A stretch of DNA of 64,000 nt from Armatimonadota bacterium (GCA_963677485.1 OY781964.1:3840001-3904000); one strand, 5' to 3'; positions 27,426 through 36,551 are shown, counted from the first letter of the stretch. Notes: generated by a model from the sequence alone, not told the origin. A program made the numbers and translations.

Positions 27426-28934
27426 ATGAGGTTGCCTTCCATGCCTGATAACGAAAACGATAATTTGATTGTGCAGGACCAGCCTGTATGTAGCCAGATA
27501 AGCGAACCAATGGGGTTAGGATATAACCCGGATCACGTGATAGGTGGTGTATGGCCGGAGAATGCCGTGGGCCCATATGGGATGCGTGCGCTGGTAGGCA
27601 TCTCCAGCGGGTTAGGCGGACGTGCAGTAGCACCTAAGGCGAGTGAGCTCTGCCTGGATGTGCTGCGGGAGCGCCTTCGTGTGGAGTGCGAGAACGCCAT
27701 CGGTAAGGTCATTGACCGCGGCAGCACGGAGGCCAACGCCGCCTCGCTGCAGGACATTCTAGTCGAGGCATTTGGCGAAGCGAACGGCCTGATGATCGAT
27801 CAAGCGGATGGCACGCCACTCGCCTGCAGTTGCACCAGTGCGATGGTCACCGGCGATGCGCTGATCTGGATACATGTGGGCAACTGCCGGCTGTATTACT
27901 ATCGACAGGGACGGATGCAACAGGTCACACGCGATGACTACCCAGTGATCGAACCTGGCAGCCAGCCTTATGACGCCGATCCTACCTCTAACCCTTCGGA
28001 ATTAACAAAAAGTCTTGGGGTTCAACCCGAGGTAGCTCCTTCAGTTGGTAGAGTGGTGCTGCGTCCTAAGGATGTCATCCTTGTCTGTTCTGACGGTCTG
28101 TGGACCACGGTGAATGACAACCAGATGCGTCATATTTTGATGAACTCCAGCTCCTGCGAAGCGGCAGCCTCTGCATTGCTTGACTGCGCGAAGGAGCGGA
28201 ACGCCCATGATGCCGTCAGTCTGGTGCTTTACTGCCACGGCCGCTGGCCACATGGTGAGCGGGGCATCCGCGACGCGAAAACGGAGAAGTCGGCCGTCGG
28301 CCCCAGTGAGACGGTGGTGATTCGCTCTCAGGTGTCCACCCCGCCGGCATCTGAGGTCTTCGCCGCAGCTTCGTCGGAAACACCGGAGAAGCCGTCCGCA
28401 CCGATAGCTAATACGCTGACTGGACTTCCTGAGCCCAACCGTTTTGCACCAATGCTTGAGTGGCTAAACTCACACAAGATGATAGTGATCATCGTGGCCA
28501 TTCTGCTGGCTCTAGCCACCGGTATGATCCGCAGTGGATGCAAGGCGAGGAAGCCAGAGCCGACCGTCGCCGCCAAGCCTGTGGTGGTAGTCGAGACGAT
28601 GCCTGCGAAGGGTCTGATTATGTTTGCAGCGAAACCGAGCTGGCGATTGACATACCAGCCTGAACCAGGATTGAGTGCCTGGAAGATCGTCAACAGCAAG
28701 CCGAGCTACCGGTTCCAGACCTCGCCGGCTGATCGCATCAACGCCTTGCTGGCGGGTAAACAGACGCTCGTTCTGACAGGCCCACTAGATGGCAAAGCCT
28801 CGACGCTGAACTTCACAGCCTCATCTGGAGCATTATCGGTCAACGCCCCTGGCCCAGGCCGGTATAAGTTGTTCTACAAGGCCAAGAGCAAGGACAAGGG
28901 GCTGCTCATCGGGCGATTTTCGATTGCAAGATAG
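27426..28934 (+). CDS. PP2C-like protein with a TM helix and C-terminal domain, catalytic motifs degenerate
   Basis: HVGNCRLY, QVTRDD, LTKSLG and LVCSDGL motifs, with ISSGLGG in place of VADGMGG. TM segment MIVIIVAILLALA. Confidence 0.75.
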   Translation: MRLPSMPDNENDNLIVQDQPVCSQISEPMGLGYNPDHVIGGVWPENAVGPYGMRALVGISSGLGGRAVAPKASELCLDVLRERLRVECENAIGKVIDRGSTEANAASLQDILVEAFGEANGLMIDQADGTPLACSCTSAMVTGDALIWIHVGNCRLYYYRQGRMQQVTRDDYPVIEPGSQPYDADPTSNPSELTKSLGVQPEVAPSVGRVVLRPKDVILVCSDGLWTTVNDNQMRHILMNSSSCEAAASALLDCAKERNAHDAVSLVLYCHGRWPHGERGIRDAKTEKSAVGPSETVVIRSQVSTPPASEVFAAASSETPEKPSAPIANTLTGLPEPNRFAPMLEWLNSHKMIVIIVAILLALATGMIRSGCKARKPEPTVAAKPVVVVETMPAKGLIMFAAKPSWRLTYQPEPGLSAWKIVNSKPSYRFQTSPADRINALLAGKQTLVLTGPLDGKASTLNFTASSGALSVNAPGPGRYKLFYKAKSKDKGLLIGRFSIAR

Positions 28935-29012
28935 AGGGAAGCTCGAATGTATCATTAACAGGCACCATCACGATGGAGTAGTTGGTGCCACACATATGTG
29001 GGGTGATATGAA

Positions 29013-29609
29013 ATGCAGCCGAAAATTAAGTCGTGTTTGGTCATTATCGGTCTTTTCGTTCTCGCAGGGGTCATCTCCTTGCAGTTTTGGATGAACTACC
29101 AAATGCAGAATAACATTATCTCATACTTCGATAACAGCAAAAATAATAGTAAGATGCCTGCTATATCGATTTGGCAGGACACGGCACCAAACCCACAGTA
29201 CTACTGCACTGATATGCCAAGCCATAATGGACAAATCACACTGAGTGGTCGGTTGTTGAAGCTCGTGACCCGTGTGCCTGACGGCAAGACTGTGTTATAT
29301 TACAGCGACCGAATTCGTTGTGAAGGTGCTGCGTGGCGCAGTTATGGCGGCACGATACGCAGGTACCCGCATGAGCCAGCGCACTACCTGGTTCAACTGC
29401 TAGACGAAGACTACTACTACCTATACAAAATGGATATCTCGGCGAATGGCCAAGCCATTCTCAAGCGAAGACCAGCCTTCATGCCAATGATGGCTACCTT
29501 CTATTTCGCGCTATTTCTGGTTTCCACTCCCATTTTGTTTGCTTTCATGATGCTGCTTCGTGCCATTTGGCTCAAGGTGAAGGCACGGCGGTTGGCACAA
29601 CCGAGTTAA
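29013..29609 (+). CDS. Hypothetical two-TM membrane protein (duplicate 1)
   Basis: N- and C-terminal hydrophobic helices. Clearly paralogous to 29725-30324 (MQPK.KSCL, YKMDIS, WL.VKARR). Confidence 0.75.
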   Translation: MQPKIKSCLVIIGLFVLAGVISLQFWMNYQMQNNIISYFDNSKNNSKMPAISIWQDTAPNPQYYCTDMPSHNGQITLSGRLLKLVTRVPDGKTVLYYSDRIRCEGAAWRSYGGTIRRYPHEPAHYLVQLLDEDYYYLYKMDISANGQAILKRRPAFMPMMATFYFALFLVSTPILFAFMMLLRAIWLKVKARRLAQPS

Positions 29610-29724
29610 GTTGCTTCAATAGACGGGCGATTTTCAATCGCAAGATAGAGGGAAGCCTAACCATACCATACAGGCACCAGCACGATGAAGTAGCTGGTGC
29701 CATACATCAAAGGGGTGATATGAA

Positions 29725-30324
29725 ATGCAACCAAAAACCAAATCGTGTCTGCTCAAGATCGGAATCTTCGTTCTAGCGATGGTCATCTCCTGGCAGTTCT
29801 GGATAAATATCTTACTGCCAGCTTCGCTCCTGAGCCAGTTCGAAAGACGATCTACGTTCAAGAACAAACTACCCGATGTGGAGATATGGCAGACACTCGA
29901 CACAAACCCCCAATACGTGTGTGTAAAAAAGCCAGGGGTTGGTAGCAAAATGTCCATAGGGCCATTGACGTTAAGGCGTGTCGCCATCAAGCCGAACCAC
30001 AAGATAGTATTCATGAGTGATGAAACCATCAGTTGTGATGGCCAAAAATGGGCTAGTTTTGATGGGGAACTGGGTGTTTTTCCGCGCGACCGCGACCACT
30101 TATTATTACAGATAGTGTGGGATGACTACTACCGGTTTTATAAAATGGACATATCGCCCACAGGGCAATCAGTGCTGATGCGCGCGTCGTATTTTCTGCC
30201 AATGACCTATTTTATGTTTGTCAATTGCAGCTTGGTAACCACGCTCATATTGTATGCCGTTTTATTGAGGCTGCATTCATATTGGCTCAACGTGAAGGCA
30301 CGGCGGTTTGCTGCATCGGATTAA
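29725..30324 (+). CDS. Hypothetical two-TM membrane protein (duplicate 2)
   Basis: Paralog of 29013-29609. Confidence 0.75.
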   Translation: MQPKTKSCLLKIGIFVLAMVISWQFWINILLPASLLSQFERRSTFKNKLPDVEIWQTLDTNPQYVCVKKPGVGSKMSIGPLTLRRVAIKPNHKIVFMSDETISCDGQKWASFDGELGVFPRDRDHLLLQIVWDDYYRFYKMDISPTGQSVLMRASYFLPMTYFMFVNCSLVTTLILYAVLLRLHSYWLNVKARRFAASD

Positions 30325-30335
30325 GCCGCTTCATA

Positions 30336-30394
30336 GGACAGATTGGACGGATCGGACCGATGTAATCGATCGGTCGGATTCGTCCGATCCGTCC
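30336..30394. repeat. Inverted array of 9-bp GGAC(A/G/C)GAT(T/C) units
   Basis: GGACAGATT GGACGGATC GGACCGAT ... ATCGGTCGG ATTCGTCCG ATCCGTCC. A related remnant lies at 10568-10593. Confidence 0.6.
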
Positions 30395-30463
30395 AACTAT
30401 GTATTTATACGCTGCTCAGGTAGCTAAACTTGGCGGAGTTATCCGAATATTCCGGAAATTTTG

Positions 30464-30492
30464 TGGACGCCATACATTATTGATCGTATAAT
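30464..30492 (+). promoter_or_regulatory. Candidate sigma70 promoter for valS
   Basis: TGGACG-N17-TATAAT about 45 bp upstream of the start. Confidence 0.55.
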
Positions 30493-30538
30493 GAAAAAAG
30501 AGTTTACCGAGATTTAGTAATACCTGGAGATTTTCACC

Positions 30539-33214
30539 ATGTGCGACTCACCTAACATACCCAAAGTGTACGATCCCTCCGCCAGCGAGGCGAAGTGGTA
30601 TAAATACTGGAACGAAAGCGGTTGTTTCAAACCTCGACCCGCCCGCAACGGCAAAGGCAACTACTGCATCACCATCCCGCCGCCCAATGTCACCGGCTCA
30701 CTGCATATCGGCCATGCGCTGTGCTACACCATCCACGACGTGCTGCTGCGTTGGAAGCGGATGCAGGGCTACGAGGTGCTTTGCGTGCCGGGTACCGACC
30801 ATGCGGGCATCGCCACCCAGAACGTGGTGGAGAAGCAGCTCCGTGCGAAGGGCATCAGCCGCCACGACCTGGGCCGTGAGGCCTTCCAGGAAGAGATTTG
30901 GAAGTGGGTCGATGAGTCGGGCGGCACCATTTTGAACCAGTTCCGCCGGATGGGCTGCTCGTATGAGTGGGATCGCACCCGATTCACCATGGATGAAGGC
31001 TACGTGAAGGCGATCCAGCAGTGCTTCATCGACTGGTGGGAGAAGGGGCATATCTACCGCGGTAAGCGCATCACCAACTGGTGCCCTCGGTGCCTGACCG
31101 CCATCAGCGATATCGAAGTGGAGCATGTGGACGCCAAGGGCAAGCTGTATCACCTGCGGTATCCCTACGCTGACGGCAGCGGTAACGTGGTGGTGGCCAC
31201 CACCCGCCCCGAGACGATGCTGGGTGACACCGCCGTGGCGGCCAACCCGGAAGACGCGCGTTATCAGAGCCTGTTCGGTACGATGGTGAATCTGCCATTG
31301 ACTGGCCGGCAGATACCCATCATCGCGGATGAACACGCCCGGGCGGAGTTCGGCACCGGTGCGGTGAAGATCACCCCGGCTCATGACCCCAACGACTTTG
31401 AGGTGGGTCTACGACACCATCTGCAGCAGATTGTGGTGATCGACCAGCACGGCAATATGTCTCCGGAGGCAGGCGAGGCCTACGCTGGCTTGAGCCGTGA
31501 AGAGGCGCGCAAGAAAATTCTGGTGGACCTGGAAGAGCTTGGTCTGCTTGACCACGAAGAGGACTACACCGTGCCGCAGGGCACCTGCGCACGCTGCCAC
31601 ACCGTGATTGAGCCCAGTATCACCGAGCAATGGTATGTGCGCATGAAGGAGCTGGCCCAGCCCGCCATCGATGTGGTGAAGGAAGGCAAGGTTCGGTTCA
31701 TCCCCGACCGCTTCAACCGGCTCTACCTGGAGTGGATGGAGAACATCCGCGACTGGTGCGTCAGCCGTCAGCTATGGTGGGGTCACCGCATTCCGGTCTG
31801 GTATACGGAGGATGGCGAGGCCTTTGCCGCCATCACCGAAGAGGAAGCACTCGTGAAGTCGGGCGGCCGCGCTGTGACCCAAGACAACGACGTGCTAGAT
31901 ACCTGGTTCTCATCTGGACTGTGGCCGCAGGCTGTTCTCGGCTGGCCTGAACCCACGGAGGATTTGAGGAAGTTCTATCCGACCTCAGTGCTCATCACCG
32001 CGCGGGACATCATCTATCTGTGGGTGGCACGCATGATCATGAGCGGCATGCACTTCATGAATGAGGTGCCCTTCAACGATGTGTATATCTACGCCACAGT
32101 GCTGGACGAAAAGGGCCGACGTATGAGCAAGTCGCTGGGCACCGGTGTTGACCCGCTGGAGTTGGTGGATACCTACGGCGCCGATGCGCTGCGGTATGCG
32201 CTGCTGTCGCGGACGGCCACCGGCCAGGACTTGAAATTCGCCGCGGTGCAGAAAGGCCGTCACAGTCAGACCGAAGAGGCACGGAACTTCTGCAATAAGA
32301 TATGGAACGCCAGCCGCTTCGTGATGATGAACCTTGACGATGAGTTCCTGGCCGTATACAACGGTCAGCTTCCCGCCGTGGAGCAGCGTGATGTTTTGGA
32401 CCGCTGGATACTCAGCCGTCTGAACCAGACCGCAAAGACCGTGAACGAGGCTCTCGAAGGCTACAATATGGATGACGCCGCGCGGGCCATCTACAGCTTC
32501 TTCTGGGATGACTACTGCGACTGGTACATCGAGATGTCCAAACCGCGGTTCAATGGCGATGATCTGGCTCAGAAGCGCACGGTTCAGACGGTGCTGGTGT
32601 ATGTGCTGGACCAGGTGCTGCGGCTGCTGCACCCGTTCATGCCGTTTGTGACGGAGGAGATATGGCAGGCGATCCCACATGTGGGCGAGACCATCATGTA
32701 CTCCGACTACCCTGAGTTTGATGCAGATATGGACTCCGCGGATGCTGAAGCCAAGGTGGGGCAAGCCATCGAGTTCGTGCGCACCATCCGTTCGCTTCGC
32801 AGCGAGATCGGGCTGGATATCTCCAGTAAGGCCCCGGTATACGCTGTGGCCAACGGGCCAGAACATGCGGCCATGCTGGCAGAGATGCTGCCGGTGCTGA
32901 ACCCGCTGCAGCGTGTGCAGCCTGTGAGCTTAGTGCCCGAGCTGCCGTCTGACATCAAGCCCATCATGGATAGCTGCCGGTTGGCTGACATCTACATGGA
33001 CCTGGGGCAGTTCGACGTCAGTAAAGAGATCGCCCGTCTGCAAAAAGAACAGGCGAATATCGAGAACGAATTGACCAAGCTACTGGCCAGGTTGAACAAC
33101 CCCAGCTTTGTAGAACGGGCACCAGCCGAGGTTGTCCAAAAAGAGCGCGAAAACGCCACAGAGCTGCAGGCACGTATTGCCAAGCTTGCCGGGCGCGTCA
33201 CGCAGTTAGCATAG
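30539..33214 (+). CDS. valS: Valine--tRNA ligase
   Basis: PPPNVTGSLHIGHA, GTDHAGIATQ, ATTRPET, SRQLWWGH and RMSKS motifs, with C-terminal coiled coil. Confidence 0.98.
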   Translation: MCDSPNIPKVYDPSASEAKWYKYWNESGCFKPRPARNGKGNYCITIPPPNVTGSLHIGHALCYTIHDVLLRWKRMQGYEVLCVPGTDHAGIATQNVVEKQLRAKGISRHDLGREAFQEEIWKWVDESGGTILNQFRRMGCSYEWDRTRFTMDEGYVKAIQQCFIDWWEKGHIYRGKRITNWCPRCLTAISDIEVEHVDAKGKLYHLRYPYADGSGNVVVATTRPETMLGDTAVAANPEDARYQSLFGTMVNLPLTGRQIPIIADEHARAEFGTGAVKITPAHDPNDFEVGLRHHLQQIVVIDQHGNMSPEAGEAYAGLSREEARKKILVDLEELGLLDHEEDYTVPQGTCARCHTVIEPSITEQWYVRMKELAQPAIDVVKEGKVRFIPDRFNRLYLEWMENIRDWCVSRQLWWGHRIPVWYTEDGEAFAAITEEEALVKSGGRAVTQDNDVLDTWFSSGLWPQAVLGWPEPTEDLRKFYPTSVLITARDIIYLWVARMIMSGMHFMNEVPFNDVYIYATVLDEKGRRMSKSLGTGVDPLELVDTYGADALRYALLSRTATGQDLKFAAVQKGRHSQTEEARNFCNKIWNASRFVMMNLDDEFLAVYNGQLPAVEQRDVLDRWILSRLNQTAKTVNEALEGYNMDDAARAIYSFFWDDYCDWYIEMSKPRFNGDDLAQKRTVQTVLVYVLDQVLRLLHPFMPFVTEEIWQAIPHVGETIMYSDYPEFDADMDSADAEAKVGQAIEFVRTIRSLRSEIGLDISSKAPVYAVANGPEHAAMLAEMLPVLNPLQRVQPVSLVPELPSDIKPIMDSCRLADIYMDLGQFDVSKEIARLQKEQANIENELTKLLARLNNPSFVERAPAEVVQKERENATELQARIAKLAGRVTQLA

Positions 33215-33215
33215 G

Positions 33216-34091
33216 GTGATCAGTATGGGAGTCACAACCCGCCTCTCAGTCACCGCATTGATAGCCAGTTACCTGCCCTCCTTACGGGGGGCAGAGCGCA
33301 CCGTGGCCGAATTTATCCTGAAGTCGCCAGCGGCCGTGAAAGGTGTCTCCATCACCCACCTCGGCTCGCTGTGCGGGGTCAGCCAGACCACGGTCAACCG
33401 GCTTTGCTGCACGCTTGGCTTCACCGGATACGCCGAGTTCAAGCTGAAGCTGGTTGAGGAGCTGGCACCTGACACCGCCGATGGCAGCCATCGAGGCGAA
33501 ATCGACCCTGAGGACAGCAGCACTGAATTGATCAACAAGGTGATCTCAATTGACATCGCCGCACTACAGTCTGTTGCTGATCTGCTGGACATCGACGCGT
33601 TCGACCGGGCTGTGGAGGCGCTGTTTCATGCCAATACGGTGGAGGTGGTCGGCGTCGGCAGCTCCCTGCCGGTCGCGATGGACCTTTACTATCGCTTTCT
33701 ACGCACGGGCTTGAACAGCCGGTTCTCGGTAGACAGCCATATGCAGACCATCAACGCCGCACTGCTGCAGCCGAAAGATGTGCTCATTGCGGTGAGCTAC
33801 AGCGGCACCAGCCGCGAGACCATCCAAAGCACCGCCCAGGCCAAACGGGCTGGTGCCACCACCATCTGCATCACCAACTTCGCGCGCACGCCCTTGTCTG
33901 AAATGTGCGATGTGGTGCTGATGACCCCTGCGAAGAAGATGCAGTTCATCCACGAGGCGATCACTGGCCGGTTGACGCAATACGCCCTGGCTGATGCGCT
34001 TTGCGTGGCGGTGGGGCGCCGGCGCGGCAAATCCGTGCGCGCCCGGCAGAACATCATCGACATGGCCGTCCAAGCCCGCAAGGGCGAGTAG
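33216..34091 (+). CDS. MurR/RpiR family transcriptional regulator
   Basis: N-terminal HTH (VSQTTVNRLC..LGFTGYAEFK) and SIS domain (GVGSS, SYSG). Confidence 0.92.
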   Translation: MISMGVTTRLSVTALIASYLPSLRGAERTVAEFILKSPAAVKGVSITHLGSLCGVSQTTVNRLCCTLGFTGYAEFKLKLVEELAPDTADGSHRGEIDPEDSSTELINKVISIDIAALQSVADLLDIDAFDRAVEALFHANTVEVVGVGSSLPVAMDLYYRFLRTGLNSRFSVDSHMQTINAALLQPKDVLIAVSYSGTSRETIQSTAQAKRAGATTICITNFARTPLSEMCDVVLMTPAKKMQFIHEAITGRLTQYALADALCVAVGRRRGKSVRARQNIIDMAVQARKGE

Positions 34092-34123
34092 GGTTTCAAT
34101 TCTGTCACGCGACACCACAGGTG

Positions 34124-34272
34124 ACGACGCGAAGACGCGAAGGGTATGACAGGTTCGGTTTACCAGATCACCCGGGGTGGGAGTAACTATCTGTGTTGTC
34201 CTACTCGTCTTACTCGTCTTACTCGTCGTACCGGTCCTAGTTGAACCACGAATGCACACGAATGCACACGAA
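34124..34272. repeat. Short tandem repeat cluster
   Basis: GACGCGAA x2, TACTCGTCT x3 (34202-34228) and CACGAATGCA(CA) x3 (34247-34272). Confidence 0.65.
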
Positions 34273-34305
34273 GGGGAGTGGCTGGGACGGTGTGTCGTTT
34301 GGCCG

Positions 34306-34340
34306 CCGCGACATCAATGTCTCGGCTATTGACCAGCAAG
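34306..34340 (+). repeat. Left half of the REP-like unit interrupted by IS110
   Basis: CCGCGACATCAATGTCTCGGCTATTGACCAGCAAG matches the 5' part of the intact units at 14761 and 22452 (minus strand). Confidence 0.8.
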
Positions 34341-34399
34341 CATCCGCCCGTGCCTACCCGGCAGCCCATACTGTAACTGATGCGTTTCAGGTACATTTA

Positions 34400-34590
34400 T
34401 AGCACACATCTCTTGACAGCATCCCCGGACAGTCTTTGGTGCATCATAGCCCGTTAGCAAGCATGGGGCGGAAAGGTGGCTGATCAGCCAGATGGTGTAG
34501 TACTCGGTGGCGAACCCGAGTGAACCCGATTACAAGATTTCCCGCATATGCCTTTCCGGCTCGAGATGTGTTCATATTTCTAAGTGTGAG
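34400..34590 (+). ncRNA. Candidate IS110 bridge RNA
   Basis: Structured 260-bp left end: CGGAAAGG/CCTTTCCG stem, ACTCGG/CCGAGT hairpin and TGGCTGATCAGCCA palindrome. Contains short matches to donor (TTACAAG, ATGC) and target (AGCAAG, CAGTCTT). Boundaries approximate. Confidence 0.55.
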
Positions 34591-34599
34591 GATCAAACA

Positions 34600-36039
34600 A
34601 TGGCACAGCACTCTCGAAAAGACAACGCATCTGTAGAGGCCCAGCCTCCTTCCCACTCCCTGCCGTCGCGCCGCGTACCGGCACCTCGGTTCGTAGCTCA
34701 TTACCCGAAAGAGGATCTCCAGGTGATCCACCGCAATGCAGCGGGCATTGACCTTGCAGGGCGCGGCGCTCACTTCATCGCTCTGGAGATCAGTGAAACA
34801 GAGCTTGAGGTCATAGAGGTGGGGGGAATGACCCCGGATCTGACGGTGTGGGTTGAGTATCTGAAATCGCATGCCGTAACTACGGTGGCGATGGAGGCGA
34901 CCGGTGTCTACTGGATTCCGGTGTTCGATGCTCTGGAGAAGGCCGGCATCGAAGTATTTCTGGTGAACCCAAGCCATGCTAAGAATGTTCCTGGACGCCC
35001 GAAAGATGACAAGTTAGACGCACGTTGGTTACAGAAACTGCATAAATTCGGCTTGCTTGCGGCCTCGTTTCGCCCGAGCGATGACATTCGCCCATTGCAA
35101 GAATTCTGGCACCAACGAATTAAACAAGTGGAATTCTGCGGTGATGCGGTCCGTCGCCAGCAGAGGGCTCTGGATATGATGAATCTACGCCCTCACCAGG
35201 TAATAAGCGACCTGGATGGAGTGACTGGTCAGCGTATCGTGGATGCGATCGTGGATGGAGAGCGTGATCCAGTCAAACTGGCGTCATATCGCGATCATCG
35301 ATGTCACTGCACCGATGAAGAGCTTTATGCGGCTTTGACAGGGTATTACCAACCCCACCTGGTGTTCGCTCTCAAGATAGCCCGAAACGACCATCTTTTC
35401 CATCAGGCTCAAATCGCTCAGATCGATGCTCAGATATTACAGCATCTTACTGCGATCATGCCTGAGGAGGTGGATGAGATCACAGAAGCTGTCAGCTTGG
35501 AAACCCACCCAGTCAACCAAGGAAAACATCCACCGCCATTTAATGCTGGTGCGATGGTGACACTGTTTCTGGGTGTAGACCCAACCCAGCTACCAGGAAT
35601 CGGCGGTCTCACAGCTCTGGGCCTTCTGTCTGTGTTAGGCTACGACATGGATAAGTGGAAAACGGATCGACATTTCGGGTCATACCTTGGTCTTGCGCCG
35701 GTTCAAAAGATCAGCGGAGGTAAACGGCTATCGAGCCGTACCCGGCCTGGCATACATCCTGCGGCCGTTCTGTTTCTACAGTCGGCCGTTGCGACTATAC
35801 GTTCTGATAATGCTTACGGTGCTTTCTATAGACGCTTAGCGGCTCGCATTAGCAAACCCAAATCTCTCTATGCCACGGCATACAAAATTGCCAGGATGTA
35901 TTACCATCTGCTCAAAGACGGCCAGCAATACGTTGATCTTGGGGTTCAGGATTACGAAGCGAGGTATCATGCTCATCAAGTCGCTGCCATGAGAAAGAGG
36001 GCCAAGAAGTTAGGTTTCGATCTGATCGAAGCCGTCTGA
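34600..36039 (+). CDS. IS110 family transposase/recombinase
   Basis: DEDD RuvC-like motifs GIDLA, AMEATGVYW and KDDKLDA. Tnp_20 domain LPGIG...SYLGLAP...SGGK. Confidence 0.95.
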   Translation: MAQHSRKDNASVEAQPPSHSLPSRRVPAPRFVAHYPKEDLQVIHRNAAGIDLAGRGAHFIALEISETELEVIEVGGMTPDLTVWVEYLKSHAVTTVAMEATGVYWIPVFDALEKAGIEVFLVNPSHAKNVPGRPKDDKLDARWLQKLHKFGLLAASFRPSDDIRPLQEFWHQRIKQVEFCGDAVRRQQRALDMMNLRPHQVISDLDGVTGQRIVDAIVDGERDPVKLASYRDHRCHCTDEELYAALTGYYQPHLVFALKIARNDHLFHQAQIAQIDAQILQHLTAIMPEEVDEITEAVSLETHPVNQGKHPPPFNAGAMVTLFLGVDPTQLPGIGGLTALGLLSVLGYDMDKWKTDRHFGSYLGLAPVQKISGGKRLSSRTRPGIHPAAVLFLQSAVATIRSDNAYGAFYRRLAARISKPKSLYATAYKIARMYYHLLKDGQQYVDLGVQDYEARYHAHQVAAMRKRAKKLGFDLIEAV

Positions 36040-36155
36040 CCTTATGATTTTCGATGCTTTTAAGCACAATTTCATCGGAGAAGTGCATAGGCAGCTCCGA
36101 CAGGCATTCTATACCCAATAGGTGGTATGATAGCCGTATAAAAGTTACTTACAAG

Positions 36156-36178
36156 ACTGCTGAAGCAGTCTGCGGAGC
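36156..36178 (+). repeat. Right half of the REP-like unit interrupted by IS110
   Basis: ACTGCTGAAGCAGTCTGCGGAGC matches the second hairpin of intact units (AAGACTTCTGAAGCAGTCT at 14793, and CTGCGGAGC tail at 14841-14849 minus). Confidence 0.8.
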
Positions 36179-36195
36179 CGCGCTCTGGCGCCTTG

Positions 36196-36262
36196 TTGCC
36201 AATGTCCGGGGCGGTCTGGCGGATGGTTAGCGGATTCGGAAGGCTCAAGACCGCGCTGGTCT
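36196..36262. repeat. 67-bp stem-loop repeat, copy 1
   Basis: 58 of 67 positions identical to 38997-39063 by manual alignment. Confidence 0.75.
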
Positions 36263-36266
36263 AGGT

Positions 36267-36290
36267 GTAGGGGCGATTCGCGAATCGCCC
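36267..36290. repeat. GTAG-family REP
   Basis: GTAGGGGCGATTCGCGAATCGCCC. Confidence 0.7.
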
Positions 36291-36465
36291 GCCCCCTGCA
36301 GCGAGTTTACTCACCCCACAGTACTGGCGTCCCTAAGGGATCCCCTCACCACTCGTCTGATGGGTCGCCACCCGTAACCGGGCGCAGAGGAGGGTGCGGG
36401 ATTTAGGCTTCGGAGCCTAACTGAAACGAATATCAAAAGTAACTCCAAATATCCCCCAAAACCCC

Positions 36466-36494
36466 TTGACATATGAGTTCTGAAAGCGTAAGGT
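36466..36494 (+). promoter_or_regulatory. Candidate sigma70 promoter
   Basis: TTGACA-N17-TAAGGT upstream of the DUF1573 gene. Confidence 0.4.
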
Positions 36495-36551
36495 CAAATT
36501 AGTCTGGATAAAAACGGATGCAACAAATCGGACAACTACAGCAAAGGGTAT

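Larger units (their letters stand above)
28911..30338 (+). repeat. Diverged tandem duplication, two units of about 714 bp
   Basis: Units begin GGGCGATTTTC.AT.GCAAGATAGAGGGAAGC (28911 and 29625) and end TGGCTCAA.GTGAAGGCACGGCGGTT. Confidence 0.8.
34341..36155 (+). mobile_element. IS110-family insertion sequence
   Basis: Transposase with non-coding ends. CAAG lies at both boundaries (34337-34340 and 36152-36155), and removing the element restores an intact REP unit. Confidence 0.88.

Noticed and set aside
30330-30538. T-box riboswitch upstream of valS
   Set aside because: No T-box consensus, and the candidate promoter leaves only a short leader.
34507-34599. N-terminal extension of the IS110 transposase from the GTG at 34507
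   Set aside because: ATG at 34600 has a GAGG RBS, and the upstream stretch is better explained as structured non-coding end.
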